From contig OZ024742.1 in the NCBI GenBank assembly GCA_964016885.1, positions 124,062,001 through 124,126,000 of the forward strand: a DNA stretch of 64,000 nucleotides. The letters run 5' to 3'. The position numbers and the translations under genes are program-made. Source of the stretch: Eledone cirrhosa (Eukaryota). Below, in pieces: positions 28,980 through 43,340 of this stretch. The notes beneath the pieces were generated by a model. That model did no database searches, was not told the origin of the DNA, and saw only the letters and a program-made list of their open reading frames with translations. Positions within the stretch are counted from its first letter, which is position 1. Each line of letters opens with the position of its first letter.

Positions 28980-30790
28980 ATATATATATATATAAACATT
29001 TCGACTTACGGCCGCATTTCCGGTTTTAAGTCGTTAATACATCAATGTCATTTGACGTATCTTATGCCATAAAATGTTGAGGTCCTGAAACCGGTGGTAT
29101 AACTGAGTTGTATGCAATACATTTAATATAATCACCCCAAGCATGCTGTAAATCACATTCATGCAGGATATCAGACAATTGTATCTATAAAGTTTATTTG
29201 AATTTTAACATTTATAAAAGTAGCTGTCTATGTTGTCTTTCGTAGAATATGTATGAATTATATATGTCATAGATCACAACTCTTATTAGATTATGTTATG
29301 TAATTTTTCTTTTTTGATTGCATATACAATGTAATCTAATATATAGCGAATGAGTTGCTCAGAAAATATTCTATACATTTCTGTTCGATAAAAAAATACT
29401 GTGTTTTATGCAGGAGTTTAATATATATCATATTTTTAACGATATACTTATTACATACACGTCATTTGCACTAACACATGCTTACTTCTCTTTGTTTGTT
29501 ATTACGTTTCTGCACGAAAACTATCGGTTTCATCACGGAACTTTAATTAAATTGTTCATATAAGTTATGAATTATCACTCTCGTTTATATTAGGCCATAG
29601 TAAATATAATAGTGAGAAATATTCATGCCATATATCTGAATCGTACGGGTTAACATTTGGAACCATCGTGTGCATTTAAAAGTAAGATTCATAGTTGTAA
29701 TTACGGTTTTTAGAATAACATTATCTAATAAATATAATTTCATTTTACGCAAATATATATCGACAAAACTTCGACTAAAACGTTTATAAAAAGACTAGTT
29801 TGATGAAAATGTTGGAAAAATATAATTTCAATTAATTTATAACAAGAATTCTGAAACTAGTTGTCTTCCAAGCTGAAGACTTACCGTATACATTGTGCTG
29901 TTTTGTACTGATAGCCAATTTAGTAACTTACTGAAATAATATTCTCGTGGCATAATACAAATTCTATAAACACTACGGGCTATGTCATTGACAAGAATTT
30001 GTTAGATATCACTTATTGACTAAAATCCCATCAACGGTTGACAAAGAGAAATATTACAAATTACTATTAGTGAACTAATCATTTCTTCTGAACAAAATAA
30101 AAAAAAGAAATAGTAATGTCGGCAGAAATTTCTGTTAGAAATGTTGCAAGTAATATTTTACCTCTGTAATATTTTCGGAAGACGCAGCTGCATCATTATT
30201 ATAGATAATTTATCGTAACATTTCCCTAAAATACTAAGATTTATTTAACGAGAGCAGATGAATTCGCCGAATACATAGTGACAAATATCTTGTGTTACAT
30301 GTGTTTGTCAATATTACATACATGGATATAATATACAATTAGCGATGAATTTTTTTACAAATGCCATCACATTTTATCTTCCATTACTCGGCATTTTCTT
30401 GGTCAGAAAACATAGACATTCACAGTAACATACATATATATAGACTACACATATGATTATATGTATCTATACATACACCTGTGTGTATGCGTGCATATTT
30501 GTGTTGATGTATTGCTTCATGCGGTAAAGATATATCGAGAAATAGAGTGAAAGTGAAAGATAGTGGTGTTTTGTGTGTCAGTGACTGTACACTTCCATGC
30601 TGACAGTTGATTTATAATTATATGTGACTAACTGATATTTAGAGTAAGTATTCATCGGATGTTTTCAGCCCCTGTAATATCCTTAATATTCTACTTAAGG
30701 AAAGTAAACACCTCTTTGTCCTTCATTGATGTGTTCCATGGTCCATGTAAGTCTGTATTGTATACGTTTAACTTTCAGTTCAATATATAC

Positions 30791-33721
30791 TAGAGTGTGT
30801 CATAAAAAGCAAGGTCACAATACTAACGCTCCCTGTGTATTTTCCCATTATAAATGCGCCAATTGGTATAATAAAACATATTTTGTATAAAATAAATTAT
30901 GGTGAGTCTCGCCTATATCAAGGTGATTATAGTGGAACGTGTGATTATGTCGCATGAAATCATGAAAATGTGAAACCAAATATGACCATACAATAATTGT
31001 TTATTTTATTAATCCATTATATTTAGTAAACCAGCTTTGAATATAAAGGCGTACAAGGCATAAAAAAGTTCAGTTAAGTTAACTCCAGACATGTTTTTCT
31101 GAGTTTCTTTTTTGAAATCCGGGACCTTGAGACGATGATCTTCGACTACTTGAAGAACACGCTGCGTCTCCTCATTCTTGGTGATGGCAACACAATCAGT
31201 TATCAACTTGACTGCTCTCTCCGCCAGATCGTTGATTACCTTGATATTGTGAACAACAGCACAGGCATTTTGATATGACGCTTGTGATGGCCAAGTTGCA
31301 GGTGACAGCTCAAGCCAAGTATCGTCGAGACCAAGGAGATCGAACAGAAGCCTTGATTTCTTCCCAACTAGACTAGGCAGCTTCGTGGACGACTTCAACT
31401 CGGGAAATACTGGAGCACCCCGGTCGAGAGGCCCAGACGTTTTCGTTTTGACAAGACATTGGGCTATTTGTTTCTTCTCGGACTCTTGGACCCGACTTGA
31501 AAACAACGCTAGCGGAATGGCTTCCTCCGTCAGGTACCAAAGATGCCTGCTCAGAGCAGTAGTGGCTGCCTGCGAGAGATCTATGTCAACCTTACTGTAC
31601 TGCGTCAACTCCACGTAGAATTGAAGGTCATTGCATGGTGCATCAGCACACTTGACTGCTGTCAGCCAGTATCGCACGTGAAACAGAGGATTGAATATAC
31701 AGATCCGGTGCAACTTTTCCATTTTAACTTGATCCGCTCACCAAATGCATACATCTTTGCACTATAGATGATTGTGGACATCCACCGAGCATTATGATGT
31801 GCACCAGGGAGCATCCAATGAATTTCACGAGGAGGGGTGACGCCAAGCAAGATCAACATCAACTCGGCACATTCTCGGTAGTCGTCCCGTGGAAGAGAAC
31901 TCATTTTCCCATCGTCGCTTCTCAGCAAATCTTGGAGGAACTTGATGATCTCAGAACACAGACACTTGAGTATCCGGTCGACAATGTTCAAAGTTTTAAA
32001 GTTGGTCTTGTCGGTGAGTGACACCCAATCTTTTTTGAACTCCTTGAACTCTGGGGTGTCTGGACTGGACATTGCTCCGAATAGATGTTGCCACACTGCA
32101 CACAATATACTCTCCATAACATGGTGCCGACAAGCAAAATAAAACACCTTCTTGTTGAGCATCTCTTCTAGTTTCACGCAGGCACCATTGTTCCATCCAG
32201 AATTCGAAGGAGTTGTGACGAAAACCTAGCCCACCACAGACATATCAATCAACATTCCAATCTTTAAGAAGAATGATGCTTTGGCTTGGGTGGTTCCAGT
32301 GCCATCAGGAATTATGGGATCACCGAGGAGTTTACCTTACCTAAAGTCCGGAGTTCCAGCAACTAGCACACCTAGCCTCTCGTGGTCACCAGGAATTATT
32401 TTCCCATCCCAATGCAAGGTAACAGTCTAGTACAGCAAATTGTTCTTTTATGTGTTCAGCCCCCCCCCCCCCCCCCAGTTCTGATCTTCTTAGCTGCACG
32501 TCTGCTACTATTCTTGGAGAGAGTTGTGGTGTCTGTGTCATCCCACCTTCAGAAACAATCAATGACATAAATGCTGTTCTCTGGCCCAGTGTCAGGTTTA
32601 AACGATCAGCCATTAGAGATATTTTGGGACAGTGAAATGGATTCTTTGGGAGTTCCAGCTGGACTTTTCGTTTCTTGACTGACTTTGAGCTGTCTCTGGG
32701 TGAGTTTGAGGTTTGAAATTCAGGATCCTGTTCATCTTCAGTTTCATCATTCGTTGAACTTGAAACACTCAGTTCATTACGTATAAGTTGTGCTGCTACA
32801 GATCCTGACAAACGCTTTCTATGGTTCTCTGACTCTCGACGAGCCACAGAAACCTGATCACGCTTAAACTTTGAAAGTACCTTTTTTCTGGTAACCCTTG
32901 TCTTCAGCACCCAGAGATACTTTTTTCTGGCAACGCAGGGCTTCGGGAAATGTAGCATCTTCCATTTTCTGGTGGATTGGCAGTATCAGTAGAGGGTCAG
33001 ACACCATGCTTTCCAGCATAGTTACGTCCCTTTACGATCTGAGTTCAAATCCCGCCGAGGTTGACTTTGCCTTTCATCCTTACGGGGTCGATAAAATAAA
33101 GTACCAGTAATGCACTGGGATAATTGATGGCCTTGTGCCAAAAGTAGAAACAATTATTACGAAGACGGTCTTTCAACATTTTCTTTTCAGCATCAGTATG
33201 TGCAATGTAGAAATACGAATCCAATTCAGAAATAAATAGTGCTTCCTTTTCTTTGTTTGACTTAGAACCTTTTTTTTTTTTTGTAAATTTCTGTATTCAC
33301 TGTACTTGTTCATAATTTTCAGTTTCACTTTGTCTTTTCGTTGAGTCGCCACACCAGCTTTTTCCCACTGACTAACTACTTCCATCACAAGCCTGTCCGC
33401 AATAGCACCATTCAAGCTTACATGCTTTTCGTGTTTCATAGGACCATCTGTCAGGTATTTTGTTTGGTGAAAAAGATGTAACATATTGCCCCAGGAGCCA
33501 TTTTTCTCGATCATCACAACGGAGCAAGTAGCAACAACTAGGCCCACTGGTTACCGTCATTATTCTGCCAATTTGCAACTATACGGCAAGGCTTAAAATA
33601 GTCTGAAATAATCAAACTTACATTATAATTTGATACTTTACAAAATGGCATGAGAAAATGCATAGGGAGCTAAGAAAAAATCACTTTTGTGTAAAATGTG
33701 GGATTCTGGAACACCCTTCTA
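30791..33721 (-). mobile_element. hAT-related (hATm-like) DNA transposon, frameshifted transposase ~31090-33580
   Basis: FACRHH, PRDDYRE, PGAHHNARWM, RHLWYLTEE, VINDLAERAVKL motifs across ORFs 31009..33547. Candidate imperfect ends TAGAGTGT (30791) and ACACCCT (33711-33717); no clean TSD. Confidence 0.8.
32971..33158 (+). mobile_element. SINE family A nested inside the transposase gene
   Basis: A/B boxes and family body lie between transposase ORFs 32386..32958 and 33173..33547. Confidence 0.9.
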
Positions 33722-33889
33722 TACATGTTTGCTAGTGCCGTGGCTGTCCCCAATTCCTGGTGTTTAAAATACGTTAAAGGCGAAAAGTACCATTATGTGA
33801 ACCGGTCTCGTCATATACCCACTTAGCGTGCTCATCTCGATGTATGGAAGGTTGTAACTTGTTGATGGTATATTCGTGTATGAACAACC

Positions 33890-34094
<205 letters not shown>

Positions 34095-34121
34095 TGGTTA
34101 CTCAACAGTTAATTCACTTTA

Positions 34122-34161
34122 CCGAGAACAATTGTTTAACCTTCGCAGATCTTCAGCTCGG
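34122..34161 (-). ncRNA. Minimal type I hammerhead with G12U lesion; family also at 38423-38561
   Basis: CCGAG-CUGAAGA-UCUGCGAAGGU-UAAAC-AAUU-GUU-CUCGG; the 38450 relatives keep GAAAC. Confidence 0.6.
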
Positions 34162-34454
34162 GTCGTTTATGGTTATAGGAAGAGGAAGGACACATGTACG
34201 AACGCGCATGCGCAGAAACTCAGTCACTTCACACATACAATACTAGACTGCGTGCAAGAGGTGTCAGTGAGATAACTGCGAACGTCCGGAAAGTTTTTAG
34301 GTTGTAAATAGAAATAAAACAATAAAATATAAAATTACTAAGAATCAGTCCGGAGCCTTGTAGTTATGCAATAGATGTTTGGTGACGTGTGGACAGCGTG
34401 TGAAAAATTCACTCCTCGTGTTTAGGCAATCATATATATATATATATATATATG

Positions 34455-34765
34455 AAGAAAAAATTAAAAGATGGTTAAGCAAGTTCCATATATTTTATTA
34501 TGCGCATTTCGAAAACATCTTCCTGTGATAAAAATGATTGTCCCAGGATGACTCTTGACTAATTATGATTGAGTATTTTCCTAAGGCTAAATGTACACGA
34601 TTTCCATGTTGAATATAAAGATGAATTAATTCTATATTTTAGTATATGGAACTTTTTTAACCATCTTTTACTTTCTTCTGTATATATACTCCAGTTCTAC
34701 CAAACGTCGAGTGCTACTTATCTGATATAGCATAGTTTTATTGTTCTACAATATTACTCACCTCC

Positions 34766-34770
<5 letters not shown>
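34455..34770. mobile_element. Short relative of the 21750-23157 module containing a 91-bp copy of nearby sequence
   Basis: aaaagatggttaa...ttattatgcgcatttc, inverted ttaaccatctttt, and tail tactccagt.ctac...gagtgctacttatc shared with 21750-23157. Confidence 0.75.
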
Positions 34771-34849
<79 letters not shown>

Positions 34850-34862
34850 TGAAATAGAGAAA

Positions 34863-34957
<95 letters not shown>

Positions 34958-36399
34958 AATATAATGTTATCGTATCTATCTCAGTAATATATACTATATC
35001 CATAATTTCCCTCCAGCTTGATTTCAAAACATTATTTAAGTCTGCACTGAATTTATTGAAATGTATTCATCAAGAAATTCGTATATGAATATATATGATA
35101 CATTTAAGTAACAGTTTCATGATTTTTTCCTAATATAGTAATGTCTATAACCATTATAACTGTTGACTAATTATGATTGAGTATTTTCCTAAGGCTAAAT
35201 GTACACGATTTCCATGTTGAATATAAAGATGAATTAATTCGATATTTTAGTATTTCTTTTAATATTTAAATATTGCATAATAATTGGAAACTTTCGTTTG
35301 TGTATGTCAATGCAATGTATTTATCAGTGTATACATATATTGTATTTCGATTTTCGAATACAGCTTTTATTCCATGCCCAAGAGAAATTATTTCATTAAA
35401 TGTAATTACATTTTATGATTTATATCTTGGTGTTGTTTACAGCAATGTATCTTCTTTATCGCAGTTCATTTTGCATGGACTAAGTATTTTGTTCCGAAAA
35501 TCCTCTTCTTGTTTCAAATAATAGCTTCTCAAAAGCAGCATTAGCCAATGGTAACCTCACTGTTTCGAGGGAATATCGACCTCATTGGGTATACTTTATA
35601 TTCATTCTCACAAAGGATATATTCGAACAAGTATTGTTTTTGGCAGAATCCATAGAATCATAGAAATTAACTTATGCCATTTATATACGCGTCTTCATAA
35701 AATGGATCTCCAAAATTGCTGAGAACGTCATCATTCTGAGGTAAATAGATGTATTTGGTGAATACATAGGAAAAGTGCCTTAGCGTCTAATCCTTCCCCT
35801 TTATTATAAATTAGGAATTGATTATTAATTTGCGAGGTAGGACAACTTTAAAATGCTGTATGTATATTTTCTTTTGTCATTAAGTTTACGATTAATGATA
35901 TAGGTTTAGATATGGAACGCCAAACGAATCCAAAATTATGAACGAAATTCAGCTCCAGCTAGTCTCTATCCATCACTGAAATACATATTAATATAACAAT
36001 TATGACAACATGTATGCAGCTGGATGACAGCATCTAAGCAAATTGTCTCATAGAGAATATATTCTGTTAGCATTTGGAATTAATATGGATCATATGAAAT
36101 CTAGACTATAAAAGTCTCTTTTAATTTCATAATTAATCTCATGTTATAGATTATATAGTGGTCATACGTCATTTAGCAATCAATAATATTGATTCCTAAC
36201 ATGGGAAATATTTATGTCTAGCAATTAACCAATAATAATATTAATTATTATTTCCAAATTCGCCAATTAAATCTAGTGTTATATGTCTAGTTGGTGAACA
36301 AAGCAAGTTCAGAAGCTCTGATGCGAAATATGCTCGTAATGGGTCCATGCCAAATCCAAAGGAAAAATAGAATAATGCTCGTGTTGTAATGGGTCACTA

Positions 36400-36444
<45 letters not shown>

Positions 36445-36530
36445 TGTGTGTGTATGTGTGTGTGTGTGTGTTCTTATATATAAATGCGAAGGAAAATTAC
36501 GAGTTCAAGTCCTATCAAAATAGTTATATC

Positions 36531-36804
36531 TAAGTCTGTCTAAGCTAGATGGCTCATTCAGTCGGTGCTTATCCTGGTTTCATGGCGTGAAGCGACTGAG
36601 ACTACAAGACTCACCCCTGAATAGGACGCCAGTACATCGCAGGGTTAAACCCCTAGCTATTGCTGGTACTCATTTTCAGCTGAGAATACTGGAGCAACGT
36701 GAAATGAAATGTTTTGTTTCAGAACACAACATGCAACCCAGGAATCGAACCCACGACATTATGATCGTGAGTCCAACAGCCTTACCACTAGGCCACGTGC
36801 CTCC
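36531..36804 (-). mobile_element. tRNA-derived SINE family B, full length, V-domain-like core
   Basis: Reverse complement: A-box tggcctagtgg, B-box ggttcgattcc, core ccctgcgatgtactggcgtcctattcagggg. Confidence 0.85.
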
Positions 36805-37109
36805 ATTATATATCTAATTACGTTTATCTCTTCCAAATGCAACATTGGGATCTATTATATTTATCCAGTAATACTGATTAATATTACTGATTCACATTGA
36901 ATGAATATTTTAAAATGCATGCATAGTACCGTAATTAATGGTAGCCGTAGGAGCGTGATATTAATATAGGACGTTTCTGGGTAATTTTTAAACCTGGTGG
37001 AGCTCATCTCCTTTACAGGTCTGTCTGAATAGAGCAGAATACCTCCAGAGAAGGAAATAAAGTGAAAGAATGGAAATGAGAAAGAGATATATAGAAAGAA
37101 TTGACTAGT

Positions 37110-37258
37110 ACTTGTTTAGACTGGTACTTGTTTATCGACATCGAATGGAAGAAAGACAAAGTTGATCTAGGCGGAATTTTAACAGAGAGAGCAGAGAACA
37201 GAAACCAAAGCTACACATAATTTTATTCGAGATTCTAACGACTCTGCTAATTCGCCGT
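37110..37258 (-). mobile_element. Old SINE family A copy
   Basis: ctggtacttgtttatcgac...gaaagacaaagttgatctaggcggaattt...ctgctaattcgccg. Confidence 0.65.
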
Positions 37259-38028
37259 TAACTTTAAATTAATTCAGATTAAATTTAAACATGCATTGCA
37301 TGCAAAATATAGAAATACTTAAACATATATATATATCACTGAAGATGAAATTTCCTCAATCTCGACGAATATATGTGCAGAAAGCAAATCAAAATTAATA
37401 ACGCTAACATGACTACTAACACACACACAAACACACACAATATACACGCGCGCACACACATATCTATTATTCGATGTAATCAGTTTTGGTAAATCCAAGT
37501 TATCGACTGACCATATTGTAATCAGACGTAAGCACTCCACATTGTCGGTACCATAGAGTATTACATATATGATATCGGACGGATTTTGGAAACGAAGAAA
37601 GACGGTATCGCATATAGATTTTCAATTTATTACATCATACCGTTATGTGTGCTTCAAAGACATAATTATCTGACGGTTATTTGATGTTTTATGATCAACC
37701 AGATATATAAATGTCATAGTATTTTCCTCTTGATTTTATTTGTTCGCTATAGTATAGTTTTATTTGTTCGCTATAGTATCCTGTCCAGCTACAAGCGAGC
37801 ATATGGTGTACAAGCGTTAGCAAGAGGCTCGTTACGGGTCGGGATACAGCATTGGTACTGGTAGTTAGTGACGGTAATTCACTGAATACAATAACCTTTG
37901 TCGTGGTCAACGCTTGCTACTGCTAGACCATATGTGAATGTATCTTTTTCGTAGGATTACGGTCTTTGTACTACTGAAGCTGTACATAATATGTAAGGTG
38001 GACACCATACACACACACACACACACAT

Positions 38029-38112
<84 letters not shown>

Positions 38113-38255
38113 GGAATAGAATGAAACGAAATTTCATTTCTCACTCTTAGAACGGCACTTACTTACAAACCGAGCATTATAATAAATGTTCGGTAAACCT
38201 ATACGTGCATATATATATGTGTGCATGTATGTATATTTATATATACTAGTGTACG

Positions 38256-38359
<104 letters not shown>

Positions 38360-38422
38360 AAGAACACTGGAAGGTAATATCCGTAGTGGTAGATCACTCA
38401 GGCCATGAGACGAGTTAGGTCG

Positions 38423-38561
38423 AAGTGATAACGCAATAGCTAATTCACCATACCGAGAACAATTGTTTCACCTTAGCCGATTCTCAGCTCGTAATGGCGA
38501 GGGTCCGCAAATGTGAAACGATTGTTCTCGGTATGGTGAACTAACTCTTGTGTTACCACTT
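38423..38561. repeat. Fold-back of HHR-bearing repeat (family of 34092-34165)
   Basis: ttcaccataccgagaacaattgtttcac ... gtgaaacgattgttctcggtatggtgaa are inverted arms. Confidence 0.75.
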
Positions 38562-38692
38562 ACACACACACATATATATATATACATATATATATTAATA
38601 CTTATACATATATATGTATATATATATATATACACATATACTATATATTATATATATATATATATATAATATATAATATATTATATACTATA

Positions 38693-38728
<36 letters not shown>

Positions 38729-39169
38729 TATATATATATATATATATATATGTATATTATATATATAAATACATACCTTGCCATTATATTGATTATTCCC
38801 TTCTTTTCATACATTATCAAGTGGTTCGATGGGGACCACGCAGAGTGCCTCTGTGTGGTTCGTCTTTTCAATGGCATTGGCTAGCTTCGAGGAGGTATAA
38901 AATATTAATATATCCAGTGTAAGCTAACTGTATATTGGTGATATTCGGTCGGTTGCCCGTTCGATGCTTTCGTTGCGGTGTGGATTGGCTGTTGTTCTTA
39001 TTTCTCATTTACTTCTTCATTCATTTACTTATATATTTTTGATGAGCGGATCAAATTAGTCATTGTGTTATTCCAGTCTATCTATCTCTAATAAGGGGTG
39101 ATTGAACGGGCAACGTTGTTAGTTTACTTTTATATTTTCAGTATTTACAAACATGTACCACGGGGAATT

Positions 39170-39260
39170 GGCGGGATTTGAACTCAGATCCTAAAGGGCG
39201 GTAACTCTATGTTTCAAAGCATGGCGTCCGACCCTCTACTGATACTGCCAATTCACTGCC
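39170..39260 (-). mobile_element. SINE family A, 5' half only
   Basis: ggcgggatttgaactcag...ctctactgatactgccaat. Confidence 0.8.
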
Positions 39261-40810
39261 ATTGATATAATGCAATACAGCATGTGCACAACAACATCAC
39301 AGTTTGTAAATTTCGATCGTGTATTGAACTATATCGTTATTTATCTTGTTTGTTATAATATCGAATGATAAACATTAATTCTGTTCTGTTTATTTCTTTT
39401 CTAGCTTATGACGCTTCGAAGTATCTACACAAAAAATAAACATCGGCCATTACATAGTATTCAAACAAATTCACGACCAATAATGGCTATTAACCACCGT
39501 GTTATTCGGACAAATATCAATTTTCCTAAACCTGTAAGTGTGTCTTTATTTTATTTTTATTATCTTCATTAAATATTTCATATTTAATCTTTCATTTTCT
39601 CTCCCTCTCTCTATACTTCAATACCGACCTTACATATATAACATTACGGACCTTACATATATAACAATTATTAGACCAATATTAACTACTAATTTATATT
39701 ATTCATTTACATATCTATGTTTGGGTGATATAGATTTTGATTAGTGCTGATCACTATTTTTTTATATTTATAATTAGCTGCCCTTTCATACACTACACAA
39801 AACAGAGACACTTGTTTTGTTCTGATGACTCTGTACAGTATTGGGCACATACCATATTTCCTTTATTCTTACAAACATAATACTGTCGACGCATAATTCA
39901 TAAAAAATTTGATTTGCATTTTAAAGCAATGATACTAGAATCCCAAAGATCGTTTGTGGGTTAGATCAATTTTTTGAAGCGTTGCACACGCTTTCCTTTA
40001 CGCTGAGGGATAGAGATCAAATATACACAATATAGACAACACATATTTTTATATAAACGCATTTCACTGGTATCCACATTATGTGTTTGCTTTAACCATT
40101 ATTAAAGCTAAACCGTAGACGATTCCATTGACTATTTATTTACGCGCATAACGTATAAAGGCTCAGATGAAGCACAAATGAAAAAATCGCTTTCCTAATG
40201 GGTTTCTTTGGCTTACATACAAAACGTGTTGAAATTATCTTCCTAAGTGCGAGGAAGTGTACACATGGGCATAAACGGATAAGTATATTCAGCTATATAA
40301 ATAAAAGTAAAGCCATTAAGTACACTAAAATAAATATGTGATACTGTGCGTGTTTGTGTGTCTATATAAGTATGCGGTTGAGCAAGTGATCTATATAAGT
40401 GTGGTTATTTTGAGGAAAATAGAAATAAAACGTGTGTGCATGCATATATGCACACACACACATGCACATAAATGTGTATATTTACCCCGATGTATGCATA
40501 TATATATAGTATGTATATACATATATATATATATGGATATATATGTATATGTATAATATATATGTATATGTATATATATACAATATATATGTATATATAT
40601 ATACATATATATATGTATATATATATATATGTGTATATATATGTATATATATATGTGTGTCTGTGTGTTTGTATATATATATATATATATATACAACATG
40701 TATGTATATATAGGCATTTTCATATATATACATGTATATATATGTCTATGTCTATATATACATATATGTATATATACACACACACACATATACACAAACA
40801 CACACCCACA

Positions 40811-40847
<37 letters not shown>

Positions 40848-40848
40848 A

Positions 40849-40935
<87 letters not shown>

Positions 40936-42949
40936 ATACATAGTACAAATGCATGGAAGAATATCAAACCGCTTATCGATCTTTCAGGACTATATCTCTC
41001 GAAACTTTTTTTCCGTCAAATGTCGAAATAGAAGTTTGCGCTTCCAGTTAGTAGATTTCGTGATTCACATCAGGAGTCCTTTCTTTAAAAAATTACCCAC
41101 TCTCTAAACAAACTTCCATCTCTTCTCATATAGAAAATATTACACATGTGCTAAGAATTCTATGGTCTAACCACCTCAAATATTTCCTCAAGAAAAACGT
41201 TCATTAATAAAAATAAACGAGGATATCCCAAATATGAGCAACATAGCTTTTAATGACATTTTCCTGAGTTGAATATCATTTACAACACTTCTTTACTACA
41301 TATAATATGGTATCTGCAATTAATTTCACTCTTCGTTCAATTCATTAATGCTGAATTAATAAGTTTAACGGATGTTAATATTATTTATTGAAATAATTAA
41401 TCGATCGTTACATCATATTATTTTAGTTAACATAACTCATCTGCATTATTTCCTTTTATTTTACCAAAAACATCAATTGATATATGTTTTTACCGTTTTC
41501 ATTCAAGCATGCTTATAAACTATATAATCCCATGGAACTCTCTGACACAAATCTTGAGACCATAATTTAATACTAGAATTGAAACCTACTCATCCAGTGC
41601 AATATAATGCTATGCTTGAATAGGTGTTCATTTTAGATATATGCAAAATATATCTTATTACTATGGTAACATCATGCTTAAGGTTTCTAGACTGCAATTT
41701 TATTTTAATCTTCAAACTGAAACCTATGAATACTACATGAAAATATTTTTTCATATAAGCATTTACTTTGCAAAAGGCAGGTTTTATAAATAAGAGCTAA
41801 ACCACAATCTCCTCTAGGAATATATGTTAGATATATTACGTTACCTTTAATTCTGTCTTATATATAGGTTTGTTTCAATCATGCTGTTCTACGTTGGATC
41901 TCACTCTCTGTTCTCTTCGGTAATTATCGTTCACCGTAGCATTGGTTGGAACCAAATACTTATGAAAGAATGTGGGTATTTATAAACATTACGGCAAATT
42001 TCTGTTCAAAGCAGATCTTCGTCAGGGAAAGATAGGTATGCCTGTCCACGGGGTATATAGATTGGGTATCATTGGATGATGTGTGCAATTTTTAGGCAAA
42101 ACATTTTGAATCGGTTAGATAATTACCAAAGGGAAACTGCAAAATTAATTGCCATTTCAATTTCTTAACTAATAGAACGGTTAAATCGGTCAATCAGTGT
42201 AAACGTTACATTCATCGTATTCACCAAGTATTAAAATATGTTTGGCATTTTGAATATATGTTTCTTTAAATAAATTGCATTCAAGGAAGGCTGACCTAAA
42301 GCCGTAACCTACTAAAAAATTAAATAAAATATAAACACGAATACTTTGATATATATAGATGAAAAAGATACTCCTTTAAATTGCTATCGTAAATACTGCA
42401 GTGATTCACCATCCTTAAATCTGTCTTTTAGTATTCAATAAATCTTAGATATTAATTTTAAAATTACAATTAATTGTAAAAAAGTAACCAAATTTTGAGA
42501 ATTTGGTAAGCATTAAACTTTGATAATTATTATTGAACTAAGAGGTTAATTTTTCCTAAATATATGTTGTTACATAGAACATATCATATAAAATATTTTA
42601 CATCTTTAAATACAACATCACTTAGAACGAAAACAAAATACATTCAATATTATATAAGGAAATTAAAACAAGTTCTTTATATAAATGTACATTAGCAACT
42701 AGGAGTGTAGCAATGTCTTGTAAAGTAGAATCCCAAACAGAAAAATCTCTTTCTGATCTTTTCAAATTTGATTGCTTTTAAGTTTTCAATATGAATATGT
42801 ATGACTGGTTATTTTACATAATCTAAAAACGTACTGGAAACATCGAAAGATACAATAAATTTCAATGCACTTCCGTATGTATACATGTTTATTCAAATGT
42901 ATACACTTTTATTCAAATACGTGTATAATTATATATGATGTTATGATTA

Positions 42950-43016
<67 letters not shown>

Positions 43017-43017
43017 T

Positions 43018-43340
43018 TTGAGTATATGTTGGTTGTTTACCGATACCTCAGTATTCAGATTGGAGCACTCGACAAAGTACGCAGGTTGGTTGGTTTACTC
43101 CGGTGTAATGTAAAATAAGTAAGTCAAACATGTACAATTTGGCTTCGTTTATTATAAATTCTCTGCTATATATATTTTGGTGACTGCTATTATTGGCTGT
43201 GACCTCTTCAGGCAGTCCGAATTGGTGTGGAAAAGACAGGTACACATGTTGTTGAAGTGTGTTTCACTCTGTCAATACATCGATATGTCCACCTCCTGGG
43301 TGTGTTGTTAGTTCTCTGAGGAATTGGAATGATATGGGCT
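43018..43340 (-). mobile_element. Homolog of 1285-1600 with minimal HHR at 43163-43215 (G12A lesion)
   Basis: Minus strand CUGC-CUGAAGA-GGU...ACC-AAAA-UAUAU-AUA-GCAG. Confidence 0.6.

Noticed and set aside
36730-36804. tRNA gene-like A and B boxes, here and at other SINE heads
   Set aside because: They run into SINE bodies and lack a clean cloverleaf, so they are annotated as SINEs.
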